Assembly (NCBI GenBank): GCA_024636855.1
Contig: JAGXGG010000064.1
Location: 26,162-90,161, forward strand
DNA length: 64,000 nucleotides
DNA from: Ignavibacteriota bacterium
GTDB taxonomy: Bacteria > Bacteroidota > Ignavibacteria > Kapaibacteriales > UBA2268
Direction: 5' to 3'
Shown here: positions 29,096 to 38,855 of the stretch, one piece after another
Position numbering within the stretch: position 1 is the first letter of the stretch
Layout of the letters: every line of letters starts with the position of its first letter
Made by a program: the position numbers and the translations under genes
Notes under the pieces: model-generated
What the model was told of the DNA's origin: nothing
What the model saw: only the letters and a program-made list of their open reading frames with translations
The model's database searches: none

Positions 29096-29937
29096 TTAAT
29101 CCTTTTTATCTTCATTCTTATTCATTTTGTCATAAGCGTCTCTAGGAAAAAATGAAATAGTTTTACTTTCAAGATTGAAAAAATTTAAATATTCAGGAGT
29201 AAGAACATGGTGCATTTTCCATTTAGTGAAATCTTTATTTAGTAATAAGGTACAGATATCAGTTGATGTAATATAGTCACCAGTTTTTGATGAATGGTTA
29301 TGCAGTGAACTAGGATCCTCCAAATACTCCCCAGTATCTGTTAAGAATCTAATAGGTATTAAATTATTATGTATTTTCTTTTTTGAAATCATTTTATTAA
29401 TATCATTGAATTCTAGTCCATAATCATTACCTAAAAATATGTATCCGTTTAATGTTGACCCTGTCACAATAAATACTTTTCTTTCATTATTTCTTATAAT
29501 TGGGATATAGTTTAAGCTAGTATTACTATATATCTCTATTAGAGTATCGTTAATAGCAGTAAATAAAGCACTTTCCCATATTTGATATAAATCAGTTTCA
29601 TACTCTGTCATATCACGAGATTCTATTATTATACTAGCCGTTTCTGTATCAAATGTTTCATCAAACTCAATTTGACCAATTACTTTAGGTAATTCAGAGT
29701 TTGAAAAAAAATACATTTAGTTTTATTGCCATCAGGATATGAAAAATATCCTTTTATTTCGTCTATATTTTTAAACTCATTGTAGAATAAATCTGTGCCA
29801 TGCCAAGATGCTTTCTCTAGTCTATATAAATAAAGCCCTTCTTCTAAAATTGGTTTTATATCTTCCTTTGGGTCTGAGCTAAATAAGGAACAACTAACGA
29901 GAAAGAAGAGAAGAATTGAGATTAAACTTTTTTGCAT
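29096..29937 (-). pseudogene. Lipoprotein gene interrupted by a frameshift in an A8/T8 homopolymer
   Basis: An 85-aa ORF (signal + lipobox FLVSCSLF) and a 206-aa ORF overlap at 29680-29716 in adjacent frames. The junction is the A8 run at 29704-29711. One extra A would fuse them into a single ~280-aa product (...KCIFFSNSELPKVIGQ...). Confidence 0.5.
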
Positions 29938-29970
29938 ATAATAATAGTTTTTTTGTTTTCAATTAATTAT

Positions 29971-30011
29971 AAATTAAAAAAAAAGCCAGTTAAAAAAAAT
30001 TTAACTGGCTT
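29971..30011 (-). terminator. Rho-independent terminator downstream of tRNA-Lys (minus-strand orientation)
   Basis: The 12-bp stem AAGCCAGTTAAA / TTTAACTGGCTT (29984-30011) with a 5-nt loop. On the minus strand it is followed by a run of 9 U (plus-strand A-run 29971-29983). Confidence 0.7.
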
Positions 30012-30027
30012 AATCGCTTTTTAGTTG

Positions 30028-30100
30028 TGACTCCTACAGGATTCGAACCTGTGGCCCTTTGATTAAAAATCAAATGCTCTACCGGCTGAGCTAAGGAGTC
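30028..30100 (-). tRNA. tRNA-Lys (anticodon UUU)
   Basis: Reverse complement folds as a 73-nt cloverleaf: acceptor GACTCCT/AGGAGTC, D-arm GCTC-AGCCGGTA-GAGC, anticodon arm TTTGA-TTTTTAA-TCAAA (anticodon TTT), T-arm ACAGG-TTCGAAT-CCTGT, discriminator A. It closely resembles E. coli tRNA-Lys. Confidence 0.93.
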
Positions 30101-30170
30101 GCCGTCTCAAAAACAGAATGCAAAACTAAGGCATATTAAATTAATATGCAAACATTTTGCAAAAAAAATA

Positions 30171-32084
30171 CTATATTTCTACCTTATGATTTATCTTATT
30201 CAAAATAAGATTTGCTATCCCTTTGCTATCCATACCAATAGATTCAAATTGCTCTTGTTGTGTACCATGCTCTACGAATATATCGTCGATTCCATGTATA
30301 GTAAGGTTATTATGATAGTTCATTTCTGCCATATATTCTGCTACAGCAGAACCGAATCCGCCTTGCTTTTGTCCATCTTCAACTGTAAATATATGCATAT
30401 CTGTTCTACAGATTTCATCTACCATACTGTGATCTAATGGCTTAACAAATCTAGCATTTACTACTTTAGCGTGGACACCCTCTGTTTCTAGTAACTCAGC
30501 AGCTTCCATAGCTATGGAAACCATGTTCCCAAGTGCCAATATAGCCACATCTGAGCCATCTCTTAGCGTTTCTGACTGTCCAAGCTCTATTGCGTTCATC
30601 GGTTTGATTGGTACACCTACAGACTCACCACGTGGGAATCTGATAGCAACTGGACCATCAGTAAATTTATAAACAGCAGAATAAATCATATCACGTAATT
30701 CTTGCTCATCTTTCGGAGCCATAAGCACAATACCTTGTATCGGGCGTAGGTATGTGATATCCAATACACCGTGGTGTGTAGGACCATCAGCACCTACTAA
30801 TCCAGCTCTGTCCAAAGCAAAAACTACATGTAGCTTCTGTATTGCACAATCGTGAACTAAGTGATCATAAGCTCTTTGTAAGAATGAAGAATAAATAGCA
30901 ACAATAGGTACTACTCCTTGTGAAGCTAATCCAGCTGCAAAAGTAACGGCATGTCCTTCGGCTATACCCACATCAATCACACAATCAGGCATTTCCTTTT
31001 GTACTCTATCAAGACCCGTACCATCAGGCATTGCAGCAGTTATAGATACTATCTTGCTGTCTTTTTTACATAATTCGAGTACTGCATCACCAAATACATC
31101 CTGGTATTTAGGTGGTTTTGGAGCTGAAGGAGCACCAGCTACAGATTTACCTGTGATTTTGTCAATCTTACCTATTGCATGCATAAATTGCTTTTCACGA
31201 GTTGCATGCTCATAGCCGTAACCTTTTTGAGTCATTACGTGTAGGAAGATTGGACCCTCCATATCTTTTATATTTTCTAATATACCAACTAACTTATTGA
31301 TATTATGTCCATTAACTGGGCCGATATAATTGAATCCAAGTGCTTCGAATAGAACTCCGGGAGTGATTACAGCTTTTACTCCATCTTCTAACTTTGAAGC
31401 TATCTTACGTAATCTATCACCTAAATCATCCATTTTGCCAGTTACTTGCCAAGCTTTTGCTCGCATTTTCTTAAATGGCTTCGAAGTAAATATCTCACTA
31501 AAATAGTTAGATAAAGCAGATACATTAGGAGCAATTGAGAAATTATTGTCATTCATAATAACAAGAAGATCTTTTTGCATTACACCAGCATTATTCAATG
31601 CTTCGAATGCAAGACCACCAGTCATAGCACCATCACCAATAATAGAAACTACTTTGTATTTATGATGATTAATATCCCTAGCGGCAGCTATACCTAGCGC
31701 TGCTGAAATACTAGTACTAGCATGACCAGCACCAAACTCATCATATTCACTTTCTGTTCTTTTTAGAAATCCAGACAAGCCATCTTTTTGACGAATAGTA
31801 TTAAGCTGATCTCTACGACCAGTCAATACTTTGTGTGGATATCCTTGATGACCAGTATCAATTATAATTTTATCTTCGGGTGTGTTAAAGACATAATGCA
31901 AAGCCACTGTAAGCTCTACTATTCCGAGACCAGCACCAAAGTGGCCTCCTATCTGTGATATAGTATCGATAATATAATCACGTACCTCATCACAAACAAC
32001 CGGCAGACTGGAAGCTGGTAGCTTGCGCAAATCTGCCGGTGAATTTATATCCATTAAGTATTTATAGTCTGAATGATTCGACAT
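30171..32084 (-). CDS. dxs: 1-deoxy-D-xylulose-5-phosphate synthase
   Basis: TPP-binding GHFGAGLGIVELTVALHYVF and GDGAMTGG motifs, a transketolase-like C-terminal half, 637 aa. Confidence 0.93.
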   Translation of the reverse strand: MSNHSDYKYLMDINSPADLRKLPASSLPVVCDEVRDYIIDTISQIGGHFGAGLGIVELTVALHYVFNTPEDKIIIDTGHQGYPHKVLTGRRDQLNTIRQKDGLSGFLKRTESEYDEFGAGHASTSISAALGIAAARDINHHKYKVVSIIGDGAMTGGLAFEALNNAGVMQKDLLVIMNDNNFSIAPNVSALSNYFSEIFTSKPFKKMRAKAWQVTGKMDDLGDRLRKIASKLEDGVKAVITPGVLFEALGFNYIGPVNGHNINKLVGILENIKDMEGPIFLHVMTQKGYGYEHATREKQFMHAIGKIDKITGKSVAGAPSAPKPPKYQDVFGDAVLELCKKDSKIVSITAAMPDGTGLDRVQKEMPDCVIDVGIAEGHAVTFAAGLASQGVVPIVAIYSSFLQRAYDHLVHDCAIQKLHVVFALDRAGLVGADGPTHHGVLDITYLRPIQGIVLMAPKDEQELRDMIYSAVYKFTDGPVAIRFPRGESVGVPIKPMNAIELGQSETLRDGSDVAILALGNMVSIAMEAAELLETEGVHAKVVNARFVKPLDHSMVDEICRTDMHIFTVEDGQKQGGFGSAVAEYMAEMNYHNNLTIHGIDDIFVEHGTQQEQFESIGMDSKGIANLILNKINHKVEI

Positions 32085-32089
32085 TAACC

Positions 32090-34084
32090 TTATTTTTCCT
32101 TTGGAGTAATAACATAAATTTGAACAGTCCTAGATAGCTGACGACCAATCGTCAAGTCATTGTCGAATGGTTGTATACTTTCACCAATACCATATACTTC
32201 AAACTTAGCATCTTTAGCTTTAGAACTAATATATTTCTCTACATTACGTGCTCTTTGCAAAGCAAGTTTCTTATTATAGTTTTCTTCTCCAATTCTATCA
32301 CTATAACCGTAGATTTGAACTGTTGAATTATACGCAATAGCAGGAAGTATATTGTTGTCAATAATTTCTTTGTCATGAGCAGAAATCTCAGGACTATCGA
32401 AATCAAAAACTACCAGACTGAATTTAGAAATAGTTTTATCTGGTTTAACTTCTTGAGTTCTTTGTGAAGTTGAGATAAACTCAACTGGAATAGAACCTGT
32501 TATGTTATTTGACTTTCCTTTTACGTTTTCTACTGATAGATTATATTCAACTGGTAAATCACTTGCAGATAATTGGTTTGGCTTGATTGCCCATTGGATT
32601 TCATTAGGGCTTCCACCACCATTGAAAGTTTTAATCATTTTACCTGATTGTGATAATTCTAACTGCCATTTCGTAACACTATCTGAAGATGTTACTTCAG
32701 GAACGAATTCTACTAAATCTGGGCTAGCAATTGAAGATTTTTCTTTTTCAACTAACATTGGATTTAATAAAGTATTATCTTTAGTCGTAAATTCAACTCT
32801 TCTGTTTTCAGCTACACCGTCTTCTACTCTAGTAGATGATGGTTTAGTAGGAGCAGCCAATCCCTCAACAGTTATTCTATCAGGAGAAATACCATAGTTA
32901 ACTACTAGATAGTTTTTAGCTTGTTCAGCTCTTTCTTTTGCAAGTGAAGTTTTGCCTTTCTCTGCTTTACTATCAACTGTACCAGTGATTTTCAGATCAG
33001 CATTAGTATTTTTTTGCATACGAGTACCGATTATATCCAAAGTATTTTTGTTTATTTCGATAGCGTCAGCTTCCATATCCTCAATTACAAATTTGCCAGT
33101 TTCTCTTTCTGCAGCTAATGTTTGAGTTGAAGCTGAAGGATATTTACTACCTTCGTTATAGAACACATAAGGTACAATTGGGAATAATTCAGTGTACTTA
33201 ACTTCTTCTACTCTGATATTATCAACGCTGTAAGCCATACCATCTTTATTGTAAGCTCTGATATCTTTCAAGCCAACATTGATTGTAGATTCTGGTTCTG
33301 GTTCAACTTCATCATCACCAAAACCAAATGTCAAGCTAACACCAGCTCTTAGTTGAGCGAAGTTCCAATCGTTATTAGTACCACCATTGAAATCACTAAC
33401 GTTTGAGAAAGGTAATCTGAAACTAACTTCAGGAGTTAAAAAAACATTATCATCAATTTCCATCATATAGCCAGCACCAAGTGCTAGAGCTAGTCTAAGA
33501 GGAGTATCTATGATATCACCAGAAGAAGTTACATCATTTAGTGTAGAAACTCCAAATTCATCTGTTAAAATCCTAGTTTCTAATCTATTATAAGATGCTG
33601 TTATAGGAATACCTAATTCAAGACCAGCTAATAAATAAAGATTATCAACAGGGATTAAATTATGAAACTGCATAAACAAATCTATTTCACCATACATCAA
33701 TGAAGATTCGAACTCATCAGAATATACTGCTGTATCAGCTGGAGGTAGAAATGTTGGACCACCATTTGTAGCAAAATCAGCACCAGCACCATGCAATCCT
33801 AATCTACCAGAAAAAACGAACATATTATCGAATGGTACGTTTATTATAAATCCACCATTAATACCTAATGATGATTCTGCACCGTAGAACCCAACTGGAA
33901 CAGATGTTAGGGGGTCTGAGTTGAATATTGTTGGATATTGGAAATCGCCATTGTGCATGTTATAGTTCAATCCTAAATAGCCACCTAAGTTGAGTGGTAT
34001 ATCTTTTTCTTTGGATTGTGCGTTTAGATTAATTAAATTGAAACCAATTAAAATTGGTAGAACAAAAAGGACTAACTTTTTCAT
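32090..34084 (-). CDS. OmpA-family outer membrane protein (large N-terminal beta-barrel region + C-terminal OmpA_C peptidoglycan-binding domain)
   Basis: Signal peptide. C-terminal VQIYGYSDRIGEENYNKKLALQRARNVEKYI matches OmpA_C (GhTD..G...yN..LS..RA..V). Begins 6 nt from the dxs start. Confidence 0.75.
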   Translation of the reverse strand: MKKLVLFVLPILIGFNLINLNAQSKEKDIPLNLGGYLGLNYNMHNGDFQYPTIFNSDPLTSVPVGFYGAESSLGINGGFIINVPFDNMFVFSGRLGLHGAGADFATNGGPTFLPPADTAVYSDEFESSLMYGEIDLFMQFHNLIPVDNLYLLAGLELGIPITASYNRLETRILTDEFGVSTLNDVTSSGDIIDTPLRLALALGAGYMMEIDDNVFLTPEVSFRLPFSNVSDFNGGTNNDWNFAQLRAGVSLTFGFGDDEVEPEPESTINVGLKDIRAYNKDGMAYSVDNIRVEEVKYTELFPIVPYVFYNEGSKYPSASTQTLAAERETGKFVIEDMEADAIEINKNTLDIIGTRMQKNTNADLKITGTVDSKAEKGKTSLAKERAEQAKNYLVVNYGISPDRITVEGLAAPTKPSSTRVEDGVAENRRVEFTTKDNTLLNPMLVEKEKSSIASPDLVEFVPEVTSSDSVTKWQLELSQSGKMIKTFNGGGSPNEIQWAIKPNQLSASDLPVEYNLSVENVKGKSNNITGSIPVEFISTSQRTQEVKPDKTISKFSLVVFDFDSPEISAHDKEIIDNNILPAIAYNSTVQIYGYSDRIGEENYNKKLALQRARNVEKYISSKAKDAKFEVYGIGESIQPFDNDLTIGRQLSRTVQIYVITPKEK

Positions 34085-34145
34085 AGTAAAAGAACCTTAG
34101 TATATTTAAAAATTATTTATTCAAAATTAACAATAATCTAGTCAA

Positions 34146-34844
34146 ATGAAAAGCTTTAACGCAAACTCAAATAGAATAGTTACAAGATTTCTTCTTATAA
34201 CCAGTATTATACTAATTAATTTTAGTATTTCTTCTGCTGCAGGTCCATTAGGATTACATTTCAAAGCTGGATTATCTACACCTAATGACCAGATATCAAA
34301 AGTTTACTCAGACGATAATTTAACCTCTAATAATATTAGCACTGGTGATTTTTTAACCGAAAATGCTGAATTGGGTTATCATCTGGGTGTAGCAGCTCGG
34401 ATTGAGCTTTCAAAAATGTTTCATTTCGTAGGTGGAGTAGAGTTCCACAGGTTTCCTCGCTCGGAGTTCAAGATAAAAGACCCACAAACTGGTGAAATAC
34501 ATCAATTCAAGTCAACTCAAAACATTATTCCTATTCATGCTGGTATCAATTTAGCATTTATCAATACTGATTTGTTGAATATATACGCAACTGGTGGATT
34601 TGCTTATAACTATATTTCTAATTCAGTTGATTATGTATCCAACGAGTCCAATTATTCTGTTCCACTTGATATGAGTCCAACTGATTCTAGATTAGGCTAT
34701 TTTTTAGGGGCTGGCACTGATTTAGATTTGAAGCTATTTAAGCTTAACTTAGAGTTGAAATACCAACATATAAATTTGATTGGGAAAGATTTAGGCGAGC
34801 CTGATAAAAAGTTCCTGGCAGTAAGTTTGGGTGTGATACTTTAG
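34146..34844 (+). CDS. Small outer-membrane beta-barrel protein (OmpW/porin-like)
   Basis: Signal peptide followed by alternating hydrophobic beta-strand pattern. 232 aa. Confidence 0.5.
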   Translation: MKSFNANSNRIVTRFLLITSIILINFSISSAAGPLGLHFKAGLSTPNDQISKVYSDDNLTSNNISTGDFLTENAELGYHLGVAARIELSKMFHFVGGVEFHRFPRSEFKIKDPQTGEIHQFKSTQNIIPIHAGINLAFINTDLLNIYATGGFAYNYISNSVDYVSNESNYSVPLDMSPTDSRLGYFLGAGTDLDLKLFKLNLELKYQHINLIGKDLGEPDKKFLAVSLGVIL

Positions 34845-35692
34845 TTTTCAGACTTGTAAAAATATCCTTCTTTAAATGCTTTTATAACTGTTTGTCTATC
34901 TGATTTGTTGCTTGCTTTGCGTAGCCAAGATATTAAATAGGCAAATGGTCTTAACCATCTGACAAGAAAACTACCATGCAATACATCAATTGCGATTATA
35001 TTACGGATAATATAATAATTCTTCCATGAAAATTCTTTGTTCAAATCAGGTGCATCTAACATTCTATCGAGATTTGCAGCCTTTATAATTAATGATTTAA
35101 AACCGGCTTTTTTAGCACGGATCATGTATTCGCTATCATCTGCATAAATAAAGAATTTTTTTTCGGGTAAACCAATTTTCTCGATTAAAGATCTATGGAA
35201 CATTGGACCTTCAAAAGTAAGACCCGTAGCTGGTATTACTTCATTCACCAAATCTTCTTTTTTCAATAATCGTTTCCATATATTACTAAATGGATTTGTA
35301 AGATTAAATTCGATAGTATCATTAATAAAAGGTGTGCCGTCTAGACTATAACGGAGTGGAGCAACTACTTTATTAGATTCTATATGGGCTACCAAATGCT
35401 CTAAACAATTAGGTCTAGGTACGACATCATCATCCATAGCCCATATCCACTCGTGTCCCCTATCGTAAGCCGTTTTGAATGCAGTGTATTGACCGCCAGA
35501 ACTTCCGATATTTTCCTGTGTAACTACGAATATATCAGTGTTTTCGGCTAACCATTCAACTGTTCCATCAGTAGAGCCGTTGTTTACTACTATTATCTCA
35601 TCTATACTATGAGTTTGTGCTCTCAAACCAGATATGGTCTTTTTTAATAGTTCTAATCTATTGAAAGTTATAACAATAGCAGCTATACTCAT
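34841..35692 (-). CDS. Glycosyltransferase family 2
   Basis: IAAIVITFNRLELLKKTISGLRAQT...IIVVNNGSTDGT and DDD motif (WAMDDDVVP). Confidence 0.85.
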   Translation of the reverse strand: MSIAAIVITFNRLELLKKTISGLRAQTHSIDEIIVVNNGSTDGTVEWLAENTDIFVVTQENIGSSGGQYTAFKTAYDRGHEWIWAMDDDVVPRPNCLEHLVAHIESNKVVAPLRYSLDGTPFINDTIEFNLTNPFSNIWKRLLKKEDLVNEVIPATGLTFEGPMFHRSLIEKIGLPEKKFFIYADDSEYMIRAKKAGFKSLIIKAANLDRMLDAPDLNKEFSWKNYYIIRNIIAIDVLHGSFLVRWLRPFAYLISWLRKASNKSDRQTVIKAFKEGYFYKSEN

Positions 35693-36135
35693 AATGAGAA
35701 TATCCTAAGTTGTTCAGGGTTTCTTAGCATTTTCTCCAATTGTAAAGCCCCATTTATGTGGTCTGGAATTGGGAAAAAATCTTCAAGTTCAGAGTTCTTA
35801 AGCCAATTGTATTCAGTATGTTCTTCAGATAGAATAATATCTCGAAAATCTTCATACACTACAGCAAAAGTAGGGACACTCTCGATTGTATCACGCTTTA
35901 TATCGTAAAAGCCACCTAGGAATGGTAGTTTGTACCAAACATCTGTAGATAGCCCAGATTCTTCTTTCAATTCTCTCTTTGCTGCGTCAAAAGCATTTTC
36001 ATTCAATTCAAGAGTACCAGTAATTGTTTGCCACATAGTAGGAAAGAGTTTACAGGACTCAGACCTACGAAGTGCTGAATGTCGTATTTCATTTTCTTTA
36101 GCTACTGCTACATGCACTTGGATTGTTCTAAACAT
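35689..36135 (-). CDS. NUDIX hydrolase
   Basis: Nudix box GTLELNENAFDAAKRELKEESGL (GX5EX7REUXEEXGU). Confidence 0.85.
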   Translation of the reverse strand: MFRTIQVHVAVAKENEIRHSALRRSESCKLFPTMWQTITGTLELNENAFDAAKRELKEESGLSTDVWYKLPFLGGFYDIKRDTIESVPTFAVVYEDFRDIILSEEHTEYNWLKNSELEDFFPIPDHINGALQLEKMLRNPEQLRIFSL

Positions 36136-36136
36136 T

Positions 36137-37294
36137 TTATATTAACTCTTTGACAAATTGAAGTAATGCTATCTCATCTACAGACCAATTGTATCTTTCT
36201 TCATAAGCTTTATAAGCATTATTAGAAAGTACTCCGTAGTCTGAATTATATAATTTTTTTATCCTTTCTTTTATTTCCTCGACTGAATCAACGTTGATAG
36301 TTATTCCACATCCAAGTTGATCATTCAACCTCGACATGGGTTTTGTATCAGAAGTAATAACCGGAATACCGAATTTAAGAAAATCATAGTATTTATTGAA
36401 ATTTGTAGTATTAGTAAAATCATTAACAGCATAAGGTAATACACCAAAGTTGATAGTATTCAGATACTTCTGATACAATTCATCTTTCCAATTACCATAC
36501 ATAATAATCTTATCCGAATGCCCGGATTCATCTACTATTTTTTTAGTTTCCTGATAGATTTCCCCATTCCCCATAATGTGGAATTCCATATCAAAGCCTT
36601 CATTCAATAACTCTATGACTGCTTGTAGGAATTCGAAGACAGACTTATCAGCCGTCAGGTTACCATGATGACCAAATATAGGTTTAGTAAATTCCTTATC
36701 GATTTTAGTATTTTCTTCAAATGGAGGTGTATTCTCAACTACGCAGAATTTATGATTACTGATGTATTTCTCAGATTTAAGTCTATCAACTTGCTCGTCG
36801 CAGACAACAATAATATTCTTAATAAGTTTCAAAGAGTTCTTCTCAACAACTTTAGCCAAATCAAGAGTATGGATTAGAAATCTTGAGAATATGTTTTGCT
36901 TATATTTCTTAAATAGTTTGATTACAGCAGGATAGTTCTCTGCCATATCCATAATGGTCGGAATATTATGTTTCTTGCCTAATTTGCCAACTAAAGTACC
37001 GAGCATAATCTCTCGTACAATAATAGCATCGGGCTTAAATCCTTTGATAACAGTTTCTAGTTCTTTTTTCCAAGTTCTGTTAAATGATAGTGGTATGCTT
37101 TTAATTGGTTTCTCACGAAAACCAACACGTCGAACAGTTATTCCATCTATTTGCTCAGCTTTTTTAGCTTCACTACCCCATCTTGCTAATATTAGAACTT
37201 CATATTCATTGGCAAGTGATTTACAGATTTTTTCAACTCTTACATCCCACGGATAAGGCGATTTCCATACATATATAATTTTCTTTCTATCCAT
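36137..37294 (-). CDS. Glycosyltransferase (GT4/GT-B fold-like)
   Basis: 385 aa. Two-Rossmann GT-B-like organisation with a C-terminal donor-binding segment (GNWKDELYQKY...FGVLPY...E). No sharp motif, so the call rests partly on the locus context. Confidence 0.55.
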   Translation of the reverse strand: MDRKKIIYVWKSPYPWDVRVEKICKSLANEYEVLILARWGSEAKKAEQIDGITVRRVGFREKPIKSIPLSFNRTWKKELETVIKGFKPDAIIVREIMLGTLVGKLGKKHNIPTIMDMAENYPAVIKLFKKYKQNIFSRFLIHTLDLAKVVEKNSLKLIKNIIVVCDEQVDRLKSEKYISNHKFCVVENTPPFEENTKIDKEFTKPIFGHHGNLTADKSVFEFLQAVIELLNEGFDMEFHIMGNGEIYQETKKIVDESGHSDKIIMYGNWKDELYQKYLNTINFGVLPYAVNDFTNTTNFNKYYDFLKFGIPVITSDTKPMSRLNDQLGCGITINVDSVEEIKERIKKLYNSDYGVLSNNAYKAYEERYNWSVDEIALLQFVKELI

Positions 37295-37915
37295 CTATAG
37301 CATATACTTTACTGCTACGAATCCACCAACTAGAATAACTAAAAAAGCTATTGAAATAATATCAAAATATTTTTCGATGAATGCTTTTATTGGCGCTCCA
37401 TACTTGAATAGAAGACCTGCCACTAAGAAGAAACGAGCGGCTCTACCTATAGAAGATACTGTTATAAAAGTAGTCAGATCCATATTAGCAGCACCGGAAG
37501 CAATAGTAGCTACTTTATAAGGTATAGGTGAGAACGCTGCACCTGCTAAAAAAAGTGTTCCCCATTCCTCGTATAGCTTGACAAAATCTGCCATTGCATT
37601 CTCTTTACCATAGAATTGTAATATTGGGTTTCCAATAGAATCCATTAGAACTGCACCAATATAGTAACCGAAGATACCGCCTAATACTGAGCCTACACTA
37701 CACCAAAGTGCAGCACGGAAGGCCCTTTTGGGGTTTGTAATAGCAATCGCAATTAATAGTACATCAGGTGGAATCGGGAAAAATGATGATTCCATAAAGG
37801 ATAAAACAAATAATGCCAACATAGCATGAGGCTTGTCGGCAAAACTTTCCATCCAATCTGTCATTCGCCTTAGCCAGGCAGTAAATTTCTTGAACAAGTT
37901 ATTCCTCCCAAACAC
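37295..37915 (-). CDS. DedA/VTT-domain membrane protein
   Basis: [24 protein letters not shown] (DedA signature with conserved E, F and PIPxD) and multiple TM helices. Confidence 0.8.
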   Translation of the reverse strand: MFGRNNLFKKFTAWLRRMTDWMESFADKPHAMLALFVLSFMESSFFPIPPDVLLIAIAITNPKRAFRAALWCSVGSVLGGIFGYYIGAVLMDSIGNPILQFYGKENAMADFVKLYEEWGTLFLAGAAFSPIPYKVATIASGAANMDLTTFITVSSIGRAARFFLVAGLLFKYGAPIKAFIEKYFDIISIAFLVILVGGFVAVKYML

Positions 37916-38852
37916 CCATATTTAAGAATTTCTCATGACGTACTTCTATGAGCTTTTTGGAATCGTATTTTTTGTATGCTTTTAATTCTTTTAATAGAGT
38001 TCTTCTCATAATAGCGAACATATCATCAGGGTTCTTGTGCGCACCACCAAGTGGTTCTTTCACAATTTCGTCAATAATATTATGTTCTTTCAAATCTGGT
38101 GCTGTTAGTTTTAGAGCTTCGGCTGCTTGTTCTTTGAAATCCCAAGTCTTCCATAGAATACTACTACATGATTCGGGAGCAATTACAGAATACCAAGAGT
38201 TTTCTAACATAAGTACTCTATCACCTATACCAATACCTAGTGCACCACCTGAAGCACCTTCACCAATTACAACAACTATAATAGGCACTTTTAATTGTGC
38301 CATTTTAATTAGATTGTCAGCTATTGCTTCGGCTTGACCCCTTTCTTCGGCTTCTATACCTGGGTAAGCGCCAGGTGTATCTAAGAAACAGACTATAGGT
38401 CTGTTGAATTTTTCTGCTAATTTGAATAGTCTAAGTGCTTTGCGATAGCCCTCAGGATTTGGCATCCCGAAGTTTCTTAATATATTAGACTTAGTATCTC
38501 TACCTTTTTGATGTCCGACGAACATTACTTGATGTTCACCGATAGTAGCCATACCACCCATTATAGCAGCATCATCTTTGAATTTTCTATCGCCATGCAT
38601 CTCTACAAAACTATCAAAAGTGTTTTCTAGATAATCAGAAGTAATAGGTCTTTCCGGATGACGAGCTATTTGTACTCTTTGCCACCTAGTTAACCCAGCA
38701 TAGATATTCTTTTTTAGTATATCTACTTTCTTTTCTAAACTTTCTATATCTTGTTCTATATCCAATTCTTCGCCTAATTGTTTCATTTCGGCTATTTTAT
38801 CTTCCAATTCTAAGATTGGCTTTTCAAAATCTAAAGTGAAATTATTTGCCAT
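37899..38852 (-). CDS. accA: Acetyl-CoA carboxylase carboxyltransferase subunit alpha
   Basis: Collinear AccA motifs: [53 protein letters not shown]. 317 aa. Confidence 0.92.
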   Translation of the reverse strand: MANNFTLDFEKPILELEDKIAEMKQLGEELDIEQDIESLEKKVDILKKNIYAGLTRWQRVQIARHPERPITSDYLENTFDSFVEMHGDRKFKDDAAIMGGMATIGEHQVMFVGHQKGRDTKSNILRNFGMPNPEGYRKALRLFKLAEKFNRPIVCFLDTPGAYPGIEAEERGQAEAIADNLIKMAQLKVPIIVVVIGEGASGGALGIGIGDRVLMLENSWYSVIAPESCSSILWKTWDFKEQAAEALKLTAPDLKEHNIIDEIVKEPLGGAHKNPDDMFAIMRRTLLKELKAYKKYDSKKLIEVRHEKFLNMGVWEE

Positions 38853-38855
38853 GAT

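Noticed and set aside
30028-30100. tRNA-Lys as an attachment site of an integrated mobile element
   Set aside because: No integrase, recombinase, direct repeat of the tRNA 3' end, or compositional shift in the flanking 5 kb. The neighbours are dxs and envelope genes.
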